This document shows positions 45,284-64,000 of a stretch of 64,000 nt of DNA, in pieces. The stretch lies in assembly GCF_009914755.1 (NCBI RefSeq), contig NC_060929.1; one strand, written 5' to 3'. The notes beneath the pieces were generated by a model. It did not search any database. It saw only the letters and a list, made by a program, of their open reading frames with translations, and was not told where the DNA came from. Both the position numbers and the translations under genes were made by a program. Position 1 is the stretch's first letter. Each line of letters begins with the position of its first letter. The stretch comes from the human T2T-CHM13v2.0 reference genome, Homo sapiens.

Positions 45284-46616
45284 TCAGCAGCAAGGCTGGG
45301 TGCTGTGGCTTACACCTGTAGACCCAGCCCTTTGGGAGGCCGATGCAAGTGGATTGCTTGAGCCCAGAAGTTTGAGACCAGCCTGGGCAACATAGCGAAA
45401 CCGTATCTCTACAAAAAAAATTTTTTTAATTAGCCGGGCATGGTGATGCACTCCTGTAGTCCCAGCTACTCAGGAGGCTGGGGTGGGAGGATCGCTTGGG
45501 CCCAGGAGTTCAAGGTTACAGTGAGCTATGATTGAGCCACTGCACTCCAGCCTGTGTAACAAAGCAAGACTCTGTCATAAAAGTCAGCAGCCAGTACTAG
45601 GCTTCTGCTTTACTGCACATTATCTTTATATGGGCTTTTTTTTTACATTTTTTTTTTTGAGACAGAGTTTTCTGGCTCACTTCATCCTCCACCTCCCAGG
45701 CTCAATCCATCCTCCTGCCTCAGCCTCCCCAGTAACTGAGACTGCAAGCATGTGCCACCACACTCAGCAAATTTTTCTATTATTTTTCAGGCGGATCTCA
45801 CTATGTCGCCTAGGCTGGTCTCAGATTCCTGGGCTCAAGCAATCCCCCTGCTTCAGACTCCCAGAGCACTGGGATTATAGGCATGAGCCACCACGCCCCC
45901 TAATATTTTTACTTTAAAAATTATAAAACTACTAACAGAGCTATGCCCTCAACACATTTCCATATTATTACACAATACCCATCTTACAGATAAGGAGAAG
46001 CTCACCAAAAGTATGTATTGCGCCTAAAGTCACAGTTTCAAGCCAGCCTGAATAAATACGGCTTAACACAAATGTACCACACAATTTTCTGCAGTTTTAG
46101 TTTTTCCTCCTATTTCTCACACTAAACTTGCCCAGGCAAAGTTTAAATAAGGCCACTATGGCAGTCCATGATTCCATTGAAATAAAAGCCAATTTCTCAG
46201 GAAATCCAAAAAACTCTGTTTTATGTAAATTTCCCCTAAATTTCTTGGCTCAATCATTATTGTCCTTATATCTCATATAAAACTACGAAAGTCCAAGCAA
46301 CTATATCCTGATTTTCTCTTTGTCATAAGTTTCCAGAGGACCGCACTTACCGGTTAGTTAGAAGGCGGTTTTCCAGCTTCTCCTCCCTCCTCCTGGTCTG
46401 TTTGTAGCCCTCCTCCAAAGATCTTTATAGATTAAGACTACTTTCTCCCAGAATTCCATTCTTTATCTCTTTGCCACACCTTTACATAAGAATACGGGGA
46501 AGCACGTTTGAACATTACATTTCTCCAGTTGGCTGATCTTTTTACTGGATTTGATCCACTTACAAATTTAAACAGATTACAGGGAGATTGTTACAGTACT
46601 TGTTCTCTACTGGGCA

Positions 46617-46647
<31 letters not shown>

Positions 46648-46648
46648 A

Positions 46649-46756
<108 letters not shown>

Positions 46757-47980
46757 TGAGTAGCTGGAACTAAAGCACTCGCTACCATGCCTGGCTAATT
46801 TTTGTATTTTTAGTAGAGTTGGGGTTTCACCATGTTGGCCAGGCTGGTCTCTAACTCCTGACCTCCAGTGATCCACCCCTCCCTGACCTCCTAAAGTGCC
46901 GTGATTACAGGCGGGAGCCACCACGCTCTGCTGGGCTATTTTTAAAGATTCAGCCAAGATCTGGATGTTAGGTCAGACTCCAGGCTTGAAAAACTATACA
47001 GACTTTGTGAACGCTGGTGCAGGAAAGGACTTTAAACTACCTGGGGCCAAGTTTCTCAATTTATAGTGAATAAACCAAGGTCCAAACAGTGGAATAGAGT
47101 GTGGGACCCACAGAAGCCACTGGGGGCAGAGGCAGAAATAAAAGCCAGGTTAACTTTTCCTATTCCACTGTTCTTGTTACGCAACAAACATTACTTCAAT
47201 AAATATTTATTGAGCACCCCATGCTAAGAATGGAACACTTAGATTTTTCTTTCTTTCTTTCTTTCTTCTTTTTCTTAGACACGGTCTTGTTCTGTTGCCC
47301 AGGCTGGAGTGCAGTAGCACATTCATGGTTCACTGCAGCCTTGACTTCCTGGGCTCAAGCGATCCTTCTGCCTCAGCCTCCTGAGTAGCTCAAGCACTCG
47401 TCCCGCCTTGGCCTGCTAAAGTTCTGGGATTATGTGTGTGAGCCACCATGCCCAGCCTTCTTATTCATTCTTTCTATTTTTTTTTTTAACCCATTAAGCA
47501 TTCTCACCCCCAAGAACAAGGTGTACGTTCTTGGCACCTTTGTCGAAAATGAGTTCACCGTAGGTGTGGCATGGGGCTTTTACCAGATGGGATTAGAGAA
47601 GTTTTTAAAGAACTCTGTACACTCCCAAACCAAGACCACCACAGGACCTGGACACCAAATTGAACTGCTCATGACAGTAAGTAACGACTATGTAAAACGT
47701 ATGCTGAGTTCTATCAAAACCTTTATCAAAACGTTGTGCTAGTGGTGGGCATTGTGGCTTTAAAAAATGTTGACTCTGCTTAATAATGATATATGTTGAT
47801 AAAATGCCAACTTTTTATTGGGAACTATGACATGGAAATATTTTCAAGAAATATGGCTGGGATGGCTGGGTGTGGTGGTTCACACCTATAATCCCAGAAC
47901 TTTAGAGGCTGAGGTGGGAGGATCACTTGAAGCCAAGAGTTCTAGTCCAGCCTAGCCGACATGGTGAACTTAGTATTTAG

Positions 47981-48208
<228 letters not shown>

Positions 48209-49170
48209 TAATTCCTAACCTCAGGTGTTCCACCCACCTCAGCCTCCCAAAGTGCTGGGATTACAAGTGTGAGCCACTGGGCCCGGCCAGTATTTAGTAT
48301 TTAGACACTACTAAAAAAAGAAAAAAATTAACTGGCAGTTGTAGCACATGCCTGTAATTCCAGTTACTCTGAACGCTGAGCCACAAGAATTGTTTGAACC
48401 CAGGAGGCAGAGGTTGCAATGAGCCAAGACGGCACCACTGCACTACAGCCTGGGTGACAGAATGAGACTCTGTTTAAAAATAAAAAGAAAAGAAGTATTT
48501 CCAGGAAATATTAAATTAGGCCAGGCATGGTGGCAGGTGTCTGTAGTCCCAGCTACTAGAGAGGCTGAGGCAGGAGGATCACTTGAGCCCAGAGTTCGAG
48601 GCTGCAGTGAGCCGTGATTGCAACACTGCACTCCAGCCTGGGTGACAGAGGGAGACGCTGTCTCAAAAAAATACAAAAACAAACAAAAAAGAAATACTAG
48701 ATCAAAAAAACAACAACACGGTGGCTCATGCCTGTTATCTCAGCACTTTAGGAGGCTGAGGTGGGAAGATCACTGAGTCCAGGAGTTTGAGACCAACCGG
48801 GGCAATGCAGTGAGACCTTGCATCTACGAAAAACAAAAATAGCTGAGTGTGGTGGCGTGTGCCTATAGTCCCAGATACTTGAGAGGCTGAGGTGAGAGGA
48901 AAACACAATTTAAAACACACACAAACACACACACACAACCACCACCACCTAGTTTATAGGAATCCATTTTTGCAAAAATGCTACAACAAAATGACACATA
49001 TGTATGTATATATGTATATGTACCTATATGGAAAAGTTACAGGAAAGAATCTACGAAACTAGTCAGGTCAGAGTATCCTATCTGGTAGCGAAGCCAGCTG
49101 AGACAAGAGGAACTTTCAGTTTGAGGCTATATATTTATGTATCACTTGTTTGTTTGTTTGTTTGTTTTGA

Positions 49171-49329
<159 letters not shown>

Positions 49330-50141
49330 TAGTAGAGACGGGGTTTCTCCATGTGGTCAGGCTGGTCTCGAACTCCCGACCTCAGGTGATCTGCCCACCT
49401 TGGCTTCTCAAAGTGCTGGGATTACAGGTGTGAGCCACTGTGCCCAGCCATTTATGTATCATTTCAGTATTTTACAAGAATGTACCAATATACTGTTTAT
49501 ATAACATAATGCATGCAAAGTGTTTTAACAACAACGACAAAAAGCAAAACCCAATCCCAAAACTGTACATTCTTGCAAAAGTAATGTTCTTTTTTTTTTT
49601 TCTTTTGAGACAGGGTGTTTGTCTGTCACCCAGGGTGGAGTGCAGTGACAACAAACATGACTCACTGTAGCCTCGACCTCCTGGGCTCAATCAATTCTCC
49701 CACCTCAACCTCCTGAGTAGGTGGAACGACAGGCACATGCCACCAGCCACCACACCCTGCTAATATTTTTTATATTTTGTGGAGACAAGGTCCCACTATG
49801 TTGCCCAGGCTGTTCTGAAACTCCTGGGCTCAAGCAGTCCTCCTGTCTTGGCTTCCTAAAGTGCTGGGATTACAGGTGTGAGCTACCTCACCCAGCCATA
49901 AGTGGAAGTTCTTTTACATTCACATAATGTACTTCATTTTTCACAGCCTAATTACAGTCATCCTTTTCTTTAACCCAGAAAGACAGAGAGAAAAGATAGC
50001 AGCTGAAGTTGCCAAAAGCTAGACTCGGACATCACCAAGCATCTAGAAAGATGGAAGATTATGAAATAATGCTTTAATAAACATAAAAGCGCTATACCAC
50101 AAAGCACATGTTCTTCTACAAAGAAAATACATCCGGTCACT

Positions 50142-50943
50142 ATAGTTCACCCTTGAACAACATGGCTTTGAACTGCAAGGGTCCACTTATTCGCAGATTT
50201 TTTTCAGTAAAAGTTATACGAAGTGTGCCTGCTTTTCCTGCCTCACCTCCATCTCCACTTCTTTCACCTCTACTCCCCCTGGGACAGCAAGACCAACCCC
50301 TCCTCTTCCTCCTCCTCCTTCACATTGAGCTTACTCAATGGAAAGACGACGAGGATGATCCTTATAATGAGCAGTAAATATATTTTGTCTTCCATAGGAT
50401 TTCTTAGTAACATTTTCTTTTCTCCAGCTTACTTTAAGAATATAGCATATATATATAATATACAAAAATGTGTTTTAATAGACTGTTCACATTATCAGTA
50501 AGGCTTCCTGTCAACAGTAGGCTGTTAGCAAATTTTTTGGAGAGTCAAAAATTATATGCAGCCCGGGCACGATGGTTCATGCCTGTAGTCCCAGCACTTT
50601 GAGAGGCCAAGGCAGGAGGATCACTTGAGCCTAGGTGTTTAAGACCAGCCTCAGCAACATGGCAAAACCCTATCTCTACAAAAAATGCAAAAATTAGCCA
50701 GGCATAGTGGCACACACATATAGTTCCAGCTACTAAAGAGGGTGAGATGGGAAAATTGCTTACAGAAGGTCAAGCCTGCAGTAAGCAGTGATCATGCCAC
50801 CACACTCCAGCCTGAGCAACAGAGTGAGACCGTCTCAAAAAGAGAAAAAAAAAAAAGAGAGAGAGAGATAAAAGTTATATGCATATTTTCAACTGCACAG
50901 GGGATCAGTGCCACTAGCCCTCATATTGTTCAAGAGTCAACTA
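50142..50943 (+). mobile_element. Tigger2-like element with an Alu inserted at ~50561-50870
   Basis: Terminal inverted repeats AGTTCACCCTTGAACAA and TTGTTCAAGAGTCAACT; Alu flanked by AAA(A/G)TTATATGCA. Confidence 0.7.
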
Positions 50944-52960
50944 TATATATTTATTTGAGGGACTGCTGTTAGAATCTGCGTCACCTCTGTCACTTTATGC
51001 ATTCACCCATTTATATTTACTGAGCACTTGCTATGTGCCAGGCAACCTTATTCTATGAGACTCATTTGGAGTTTTACAGAGTTAAGTTAGGCAAGTGGTA
51101 AAGCTAAGGATTTGTATTTCCAGAAATTTTTATTCTGAATGATACAGAAAAGGGCTTTTTGGTGATGTCTTTAAATTTTTATTTTTTATTTAAATAAAAT
51201 TTAAATGTCTTTAAATTTTTATTTAAAGACATCATCAAAAAGCCCTTTTCTGTATCATTCAGATTCTAGTGTGTGGGTCTGCTATATGCTTATTGCCTTT
51301 TATTGTAACTATATTCTTGGGGATCAGGTTGCCCTGCCATATTCTGACTTCCTTGAAGGAAAAACGTAAACCTTTTTGTGGTGCCTGTGTCACAGCTTGT
51401 GTTTGCAATACAGCAGGCATATGTTCATTCATTCATTCAGTCTACAAATACTTATTTCACACCCACTGTAAGCCAAGCATTGTACTAGGCCCCTGGGATA
51501 GAGGCCATGAATGATAGAGTTTACTTTCCAGTTGAGGGTTGGGGTGGATAGATCACACACACAGAAAAATGTAAGCAAGAGAATTTCAGATTGGAACAAA
51601 CTATGTAGGAAACCAACTGAATTAGAGATGGGAAGATAGTTACTTAGATTTGGTGGTTGGGGAAAAGCTCTTAGATGAAATTTAGGCTGGGCGCGGTGGC
51701 TCACGCCTATAATCCCAGCACTTTGGGAGGCCGAGACGGGCAGATCACTTGAGGCAAGGAGTTTGAGACCAGCCTGGGCAACATGGGGAAACCCCATCTC
51801 TATTAAAAATACAAAAAACATTAGCCGGGCGTGGTGGTGTGCGCCTGTAGTCCCAGCTACTCGGGAGGCTGAGGCAGAGAATCGCTTGAACTCATGAGGA
51901 GGAGGATGCAGTGAGCTGAGATCACGCCACTGCATTCCAGTCTGGGTGACAGAGCAAGACTCTGTCCCAAAAATAAATAAGTAAAATTAAAAATTTAAAT
52001 TAAAAAAAAAAGAAATTTAAACTAGAAACCAAAAGATGAGAAAGGGGAAGCTTTATACCAACAGTCTTAGAGAAGTATTCTGAAGAGAGGAAATGGCCTG
52101 AAAAGGGGCTGGAATCAGAAAGAACATGGGCTGTTCTAGAAGCAGAAACATCAGTGTGGCTGAAACAGAGAATAAGGAGTGGTTGGTGAGGTCAGCAGAC
52201 TTTCAGTTCAATGGCAAGCTATGGAAAGGTTTTAAATAAGAGTAATTGAATCCAGTTAATGATTTAAGAAAGAAAAAAACGACAGGTGCGGTGGCTCACG
52301 CCTGTAATCCCAGCACTTTGGGAGGCCTAAGCAGGCGGATCACGAGGTCAGGAGTTCGAGACCAGCCTGGCCAACATAGTGAAACACCATCTCTACTAAA
52401 AATACAAAAATTATCTGGGCAGGCATGGAGGTGTGTGCCTGTGGTCACAGCTATTTGGGGGGCTGAGGCAGGAGAATCACTTGAACCTGGGAGGCGAGGT
52501 TGAAGTGAGCCGAGATCGTGCCACTGCACTCCAGCCTGAGTGATGACAGAGCAAGACTCCGTCTCAAAAAAAAAAAGAAAAAGAAAAAAAGAAAAAGGAA
52601 ATACTGGAAATACTTAGGCTACTGTGTGAGGAGAATGAACTACCAGGAGAGCAAAAGTGGACTAGGTGGCTACCAATTAGGAAGCCATTTCTTGGATGGA
52701 TGCATGGACAGATGGATGGAAGGAAGGAAGGAAAGAGAGAAGGGAGGAAAGACAGAAACAGATGAATGAGAGATAAAAATAACTCTGATTACAGGTTGGG
52801 GCCGGTGGCTCACGCCTGTAATCCCAGCACTTTGGGAAGCCAAGGCGAGTGAATCACTTCAGTTTAGGAGTTCAAGACAAGCCTGGCCAACATGGTAAAC
52901 CCTGTCTTTACAAAAAATACCAAAATTAGTCAGGCGTGGTGGCAAGCACCTGTAGTCTCA

Positions 52961-53095
<135 letters not shown>

Positions 53096-54053
53096 TTACA
53101 AAAGAGCAAGCCTCATGAGACTCACTTGACCTAGATTTTTTAGCTTAAACTGGTTTTTAAGTCAAATTTCAAAAAGCAAAACCAAATTATTTTTAGTGAA
53201 CGAACATGCTGGAATTAAAATGTGGTTTTCTAAAATGATTGCCTTGAAACAGATGGTATATATTTAGCTATACACTTGCTAGCATATTGGTTTGAAATAT
53301 ATATTATTGTTTTATAGTCATAATACTTCCACCAGCATCATAACCTTTGACAAAGCAATTCTGTATCTAGACCTCTATACCTTGAAAATACACAAATGCA
53401 TGTAAGTTTTTGTATAAAGGATGTTCCTTAGAGCCTTATTTGAAACAGAGAAAGAAAATAAATATATTTCAATAGGGAAATGATTTAATAGAACATACAT
53501 GTTTATTCTACTCAATACTATGTAGCTATCTAAATAAAAGGTATTCTCCCAAATATTCTGACATGGACTAATAGCCTTCTACAAATGGTTAAAAAAAAAA
53601 AAAAAAAAAGTAAGTTACAACCTGTATCTGTTTGTGTGTATGTGTGTGTATGAGAGACAGACTGGGCATCGTGGCTCACTGTGACTCATGCCTGTAATCC
53701 AGCACTTTGTTATTTTTGGAGGTTCTTGTTTTGGTTTGGTTTTTTAACTTCTACCCAAAAGTTACTATGCAATCTCAGCATTTTAAGAGGCTGAGGTGGG
53801 AGGATTGCTTGAGCCCCGGAGTCAAAGGCCATCCTAAGCAACATAGTGAGACCCCCATCTCTATTTTTAAAAAACAGGGCCAGGTGCAGTGACTCACGCC
53901 TGTAATACCAGAACCTTAGGAAGCCGAGGTGGGAGGATCACTTGAGGTCAGGAGTTTGAGACCAGCCTGGCCAACATGTTGAAACCCTGTCCCTGCTAAA
54001 AATACAAAAATTAGCCAGGTGTGATGGTGGGCGCCTATAATTCCAGCTACTCA

Positions 54054-54281
<228 letters not shown>

Positions 54282-55327
54282 TTAAAATGCAGCTAGTCAG
54301 AACTGAGATGTGCTTTAAATGTAAAGTGCACACTGAATTTTTACTGAATTCTGAAAATTTACAATGAAAGAACATAAACTCTCTCCCCCATTTTCTTTTT
54401 TGAGACAGGGTCTTCCTGTGTCACCAAGGCTGGAGTGCAATGGCGTGATCTTGGCTCACTACAGCCTTGACCTCCCAGGCTCAAGCAATCCTCCTACCTC
54501 TCAGCCTCTCAGGTAGCTGAAACTAGAGGCACACATCACCATACCAAGCTAATTTTTGCATTTTTATAGAGATGCGGTTTTGCCATGTTACCCAGGCTGG
54601 TCTCAAACTCCTGGACTCAGGTGGTCTGCCCATCTCAGGCTCCCAAAGTGCTGGGATCACAGGTGTGCACCATCACGCACAGCCCTCATTAATTATTTTT
54701 ATCTTTATTCCATATTGAAATGATAATAGTTTAGATGAATGGAGTTAAATAAAATATATTCTTAAAATTAATTTCATGGCCGGGCATGGTGGCTCATGCC
54801 TGTAATCCCAGCACTTTGGGAGGTCTAGGCAGGCGGATCACGAGGTCAGAAGTTTGAGACCACCCTGACCAATATGGTGAACTCTCATCTCTACTAAAAA
54901 TACAAAAATTAGCTGGGCATGGGGTGGCGCGTGCCTGTTATCCCAGCTACTCAGGAGCCTGAGGCAGGAGAATCACTTGAACCTGGGAGGCGGAGGATGC
55001 AGTGAGCCAAATCCCACCACTACACTCCAGCCTGGGTGATAAAGCAAGACTCTGTCTCAAAAAACAAAAAAAATTAAAATTAAATAATAATAATAATAAT
55101 ATGCACATTTAAACAGATGAGCTCATACCACCACCACCACATGTGAATAGTTTAAATAGCCTTTTTTTTTCAGTCTCACTGCTCTCTTTGTAAAAAGAGT
55201 CACACCTTAGGCAAAAGAAATTGGAATGTTAATTCACGAGAGATTCATGACTATGAGTAGGTGAGTTGCTTGGAATAACCTTTGTAAATGCAGTCTATAT
55301 GGCTGAGAAAAAGATACAGAGGCTCTA

Positions 55328-55407
55328 TTAGGTTGGTGCAAAAGTTATTACGGTTTTCGCCATTACTTTCGATGGCAAAAACTGCAGTAATTTTTGCACC
55401 AACCTAA
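55328..55407. mobile_element. MADE1 (Hsmar1-derived 80-bp palindromic MITE)
   Basis: TA|TTAGGTTGGTGCAAAA...TTTTGCACCAACCTAA|TA; exactly 80 bp with TA duplication. Confidence 0.93.
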
Positions 55408-55857
55408 TAGAAGCCTAAAATTAACATCTGATTGATATTCTCCCTTGCACAGCTTTTCCACTGAAAATCAAGCAAAATCCAAGCCCTCCTAAAACTTAAG
55501 AACCTCCCAGCCTACTGGGTAGCTGCCTCTCTCCTCTGCCCCACTTTCCAACTGAGTTCCAGAAAATGATGATAGAAAATCTTGCAAGTGACTACTCTAG
55601 GGCATCTCTAATTATCTCTAGAAGCATCCAGACTTTTTCAGTAGAAATCAGGACACAAAATTAATTTGTGTTCAGTTTAATTTTTTTAAATCAATAAATT
55701 ATCATTGGAAGTAGACAGGAGGGCCCTTTGAACTTCAAAATATATTTTGAGATGGTGGAAATGTTTTATATCTTGCTTGGGGTAGTATTTACATAGGTGT
55801 ATATTTGTGGAATTTTTTTATTTTATTTATTTTATTTTTATTTTTTATTTTTTTTGA

Positions 55858-56151
<294 letters not shown>

Positions 56152-56153
56152 TA

Positions 56154-56294
<141 letters not shown>

Positions 56295-56570
56295 CTATAC
56301 TAAAATACAAAAAATTCACCGGGCATGATGGTGCGTGCCTGTAATCCCAGCTACTGGGGAGGCTGAGGCACGAGATTAGCTTGAGCCTGGGAGGCAGAAG
56401 TTGCAGTGAGCAAGATGGTGCCACTGCACTCTAGCCTTGGAGACAGAGGGAAAAATCTGTCTCAAAGAAAAAAGAAAAAAAGAGAGCATTTTAATGCATT
56501 TAAATTGTTCCTGTTTAAAAATTTATCCACATGATGGCAGAATGAAAAATAATAATAAAAATAAAAATTC

Positions 56571-56920
<350 letters not shown>

Positions 56921-57443
56921 TTAAAAAAGGAAAAAAACAATTTTCATTTACATAAATTGACTTGATGTTATCTGAATCAATTAATGAGCAATTGACCTGC
57001 TTGGAATTTCTGCCTTGGGAATTCTAAATCTAGAAGTGATGGGCAGATAAAACACAGTAGACTTTACTTTTTTTCAGTCTAAAAAAGATCAGGGACTCTC
57101 CCCCTTTTCAGAGCCTGTGGGCTTTCTGTGGGCAGCTCTGGAAGAAAAATCCTAAGGCATTTCTAAGAGCAAACCACACATTCAATTTTATTGCATTTTT
57201 TTATTTTAATTTTATATGAAGTTTTATGCTTCAAATATATAAAACACACACACACACACCAAGGGACTAAGATGTTATTTCACAGCACTTGCTTGCCTCA
57301 GTCTTTATGAAGAACACAATTCCAAACTAATGGACAAGTTCCTCCCTGTACTCTAGGTCATTCAAAGGAGGCAAGCTCCTTTGTCAAATCAGGAGCTCCA
57401 TCAGCCGATCAGGAGCTCAGATGCCAGCGTGGGAGTTTCTTAG

Positions 57444-57935
<492 letters not shown>

Positions 57936-58900
57936 TAAGTTATCATTTGCCATCTCCTTGGCCCTTTGTAGTAATTCCCCTCCCTTTTTTGTTTTTCTGT
58001 GTCCATCTTTCCCATTCCAAATACTTGATGTAAAGGGAGATTCCACCTTGAAAACCAGAGTTCCAGTCCTGGCTTGCTGCTACACTCTACTGCTGACCTT
58101 GATCTTGACCTTGACCTTGTCTGCATTTATTTCTTTGATGAGGAGGGCAGACAGAAAAACATTGCTATAGTGCTTAATTTTTTTTTATTACAAAAGAAAA
58201 TGAAGAAAATAATTCAAACTATAGCAGAAACATGAAAAAGGGAAAAGTGAGTCTTCACTATTTGTCTCCTTCAGTAACCATATTTATTTGGGTATATTCT
58301 TGCATGTTTTTACGGCAAAAACAAATTCAACAGATATATATATATACTATTATGGAACCCTTTTTATTTTCCTTTGAACTTAACTACGTAGCATTCTCTG
58401 ATAAGTAATGTAAGCTCCAGACAGCAAGGATTTTTGACTGCTTCATTCACTGCTATATTTCTGGAGACTAGAATACTGTTTGGCATAAAGTAGGTGCCAA
58501 CAAATATTCACTGAACGCACCAGACGTGGTGGCTCACGGCTGTAATCCTAGCACTTTGGGAGGCCAAGACGAGCAGATCACTTGAGGCCAGGAGTTCAAG
58601 ACCAGCCTGACCAACATGGTGAAACCCCGTCTCTATTAAAAATACAAAAATTAGCCAGGTATGGGGGCGCATACCTGTAATTCCAGCTACTCCAGTGAGT
58701 ATCTGGACAGGGGAATCGCTTAAACCTAGGAGGCGAAGGCTGCAATGAGCCAAGATTGCACCACTGCACTCCAGCCTGAGCAACAGAGTGAGACTCTGTC
58801 TCAAAAAAAAAAAACTTAAAAATTAAAAAAAAAAAAAAAAACAGAAGGGGACCAAATATACACATCCCTGGCTCCATGGAACTCCCAGTTGACCTGACGG

Positions 58901-59086
58901 AAAAAAAAAAAAAGAAGAAGTAGTATATATACATATATATAGGTAGTATATAAATATATATATAGTAGTATATAAATATATAGTAGTATATAAATATATA
59001 TATAGTAGTATATAAATATATAGTAGTATATAAATATATATATTAGTAGTATATAAATATATATATATATTTTTTTTTTTTTTTTT
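58901..59086. repeat. AT-rich minisatellite (TAGTAGTATATAAATATATA)n between poly-A and poly-T runs
   Basis: About six to seven variable units seen directly. Confidence 0.9.
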
Positions 59087-59601
59087 CACTGAATGAATGA
59101 AAGGACACAAATCCTCCTTGCTGTCAGATCAACTAGGAGTTGAATGGAATGGAGCCGGGAATGTGTCTATTTGGTCCCCTTCTGTGGTCCCAGCACCAAA
59201 CAAAGTGCCTGGCACACAGTAAGCATTTAATAAGTATTTGTTGATTTAGCAAAAAAGCTTAATGATAAAACCACCTAATTCTTTTTACTTGCACCAGTGT
59301 ATTGACATAACACTGTAATCAACAATTCCCTTATTCATTGTAAAAATCTCCGCAAACACCATTGCAATGATCAGCCTTGTACACATACCCTTATTTAAAG
59401 ATTTTGGTAGGATAAGAATGTCTTTTGAGGGGGACCATTGATCTGCTTCAAATGTGTCCTGAAGTTTCTTCTCACTAGGATTTCATGGCATTAAGACACT
59501 TATGGGCTGGGCACGATAACTCAACGCCTGTAATCCCAGAACTTTGGGAGGCCGAGGCGAGTGGATCACCTGAGGTCAGGAGTTCGAGACCAGCCTGGTC
59601 A

Positions 59602-59781
<180 letters not shown>

Positions 59782-60281
59782 CTATGTCAAAAAATTTAAA
59801 AAGACAGTTCAGATTAATTTTTTAGCCTGTATGAGAGCTGTTCCCTACAATTAATTTTGCAAAATGATCTCCCTTACGTATCTGCCTACAGAATGTCAGT
59901 CTGTCCCGAAACTATCTAGATGCAGCCCAATGCTCTAATTCACACGAGACTGTCAGAAAGACTTCTAGAAACAAGCAGGCTGGCGACAGCCTTGCTGGCC
60001 AACATCTTCTGCATGCAACACAATCACAGCTTAGTCATCACCTGGGGAGGACCAGTTTTTAGGCAGTGATAGGCCCATATTGTTAATTCATTCCGATGTG
60101 CTGAGGATGGCTCAGCAGAAAGAAGGAAATAGACAAAAGAGTAAGACCCCAACAAAGGCCTGAGCTGAACAATGTTGAGAAACAAAGGCCACTTTGGCCT
60201 GGATAAGAGTTAATATGGGGCTGGGCACAGTGGGTCACACCTGTAATCCCAGCAATGTGGGAGGTCGAGGCGGTCAGATCA

Positions 60282-60635
<354 letters not shown>

Positions 60636-60939
60636 TTAAGTTTTTCACTCCAAAAATATTTAGTCCGGGCACGGTGGCTCACGCCTCAAATCCCAGCACT
60701 TTGGGAAGTCGAGGCAGGGGGGATTGCTTGAGCCCAGGAGATTGAGACCAGCCTAGCCAACATGGTGAAACCTTGTCTCTACTAAAACTATGCAAATTAG
60801 CTTGGCATGGTGGTGCATGGCTATAGTCCCAGCTACTGGGGAGGCTGAGGCAGAAGAGTGAATTGTGCCCAGGAGGTCAAGGCTGCAGTGAGTGAAGATC
60901 ATGCCACTGCACTCCAGCCTGGGCGACAGAGTGAGATTC

Positions 60940-64000
<3,061 letters not shown>

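Noticed and set aside
58901-59086. Regularly spaced repeats superficially like a CRISPR array
   Set aside because: Eukaryotic AT minisatellite with no unique spacers and no cas genes.
59830-60150. Polypyrimidine tract resembling the IgV exon acceptor, as a possible pseudo-IgV exon of the paralogue relic
   Set aside because: I could not read IgV hallmarks (C-W, D-x-G-x-Y-x-C) in the downstream sequence; too weak without a profile search.

Overview
Human (or very close primate) genomic DNA from the TIM gene cluster on 5q33. The window holds the complete HAVCR1 (TIM-1/KIM-1) gene on the minus strand: non-coding exon 1 near 35.9 kb and eight coding exons from 34910 down to 6753, all with GT-AG junctions and consistent phases. 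The CDS encodes the short-mucin 359-aa allele. The distal 3' UTR of HAVCR2 (TIM-3) occupies about 62.8-64 kb, also on the minus strand. The rest is very Alu-rich intronic and intergenic DNA with LTRs, DNA-transposon relics and one inverted L1. I found no new protein-coding system. The most interesting observations are: (1) a collinear, ~75-80% identical copy of HAVCR1 intron 6 at 55-57 kb, possibly a relic of a lost TIM paralogue; (2) a terminal exon read in three ways; (3) a three-level nested LTR/Alu/HERV-K LTR in intron 7 with a sense polyA signal; (4) a twin-primed L1 abutting the HAVCR2 3' end; (5) several local templated duplications and inverted repeats. Gene identities and isoform names come from my recollection of known sequences, not from a database search.
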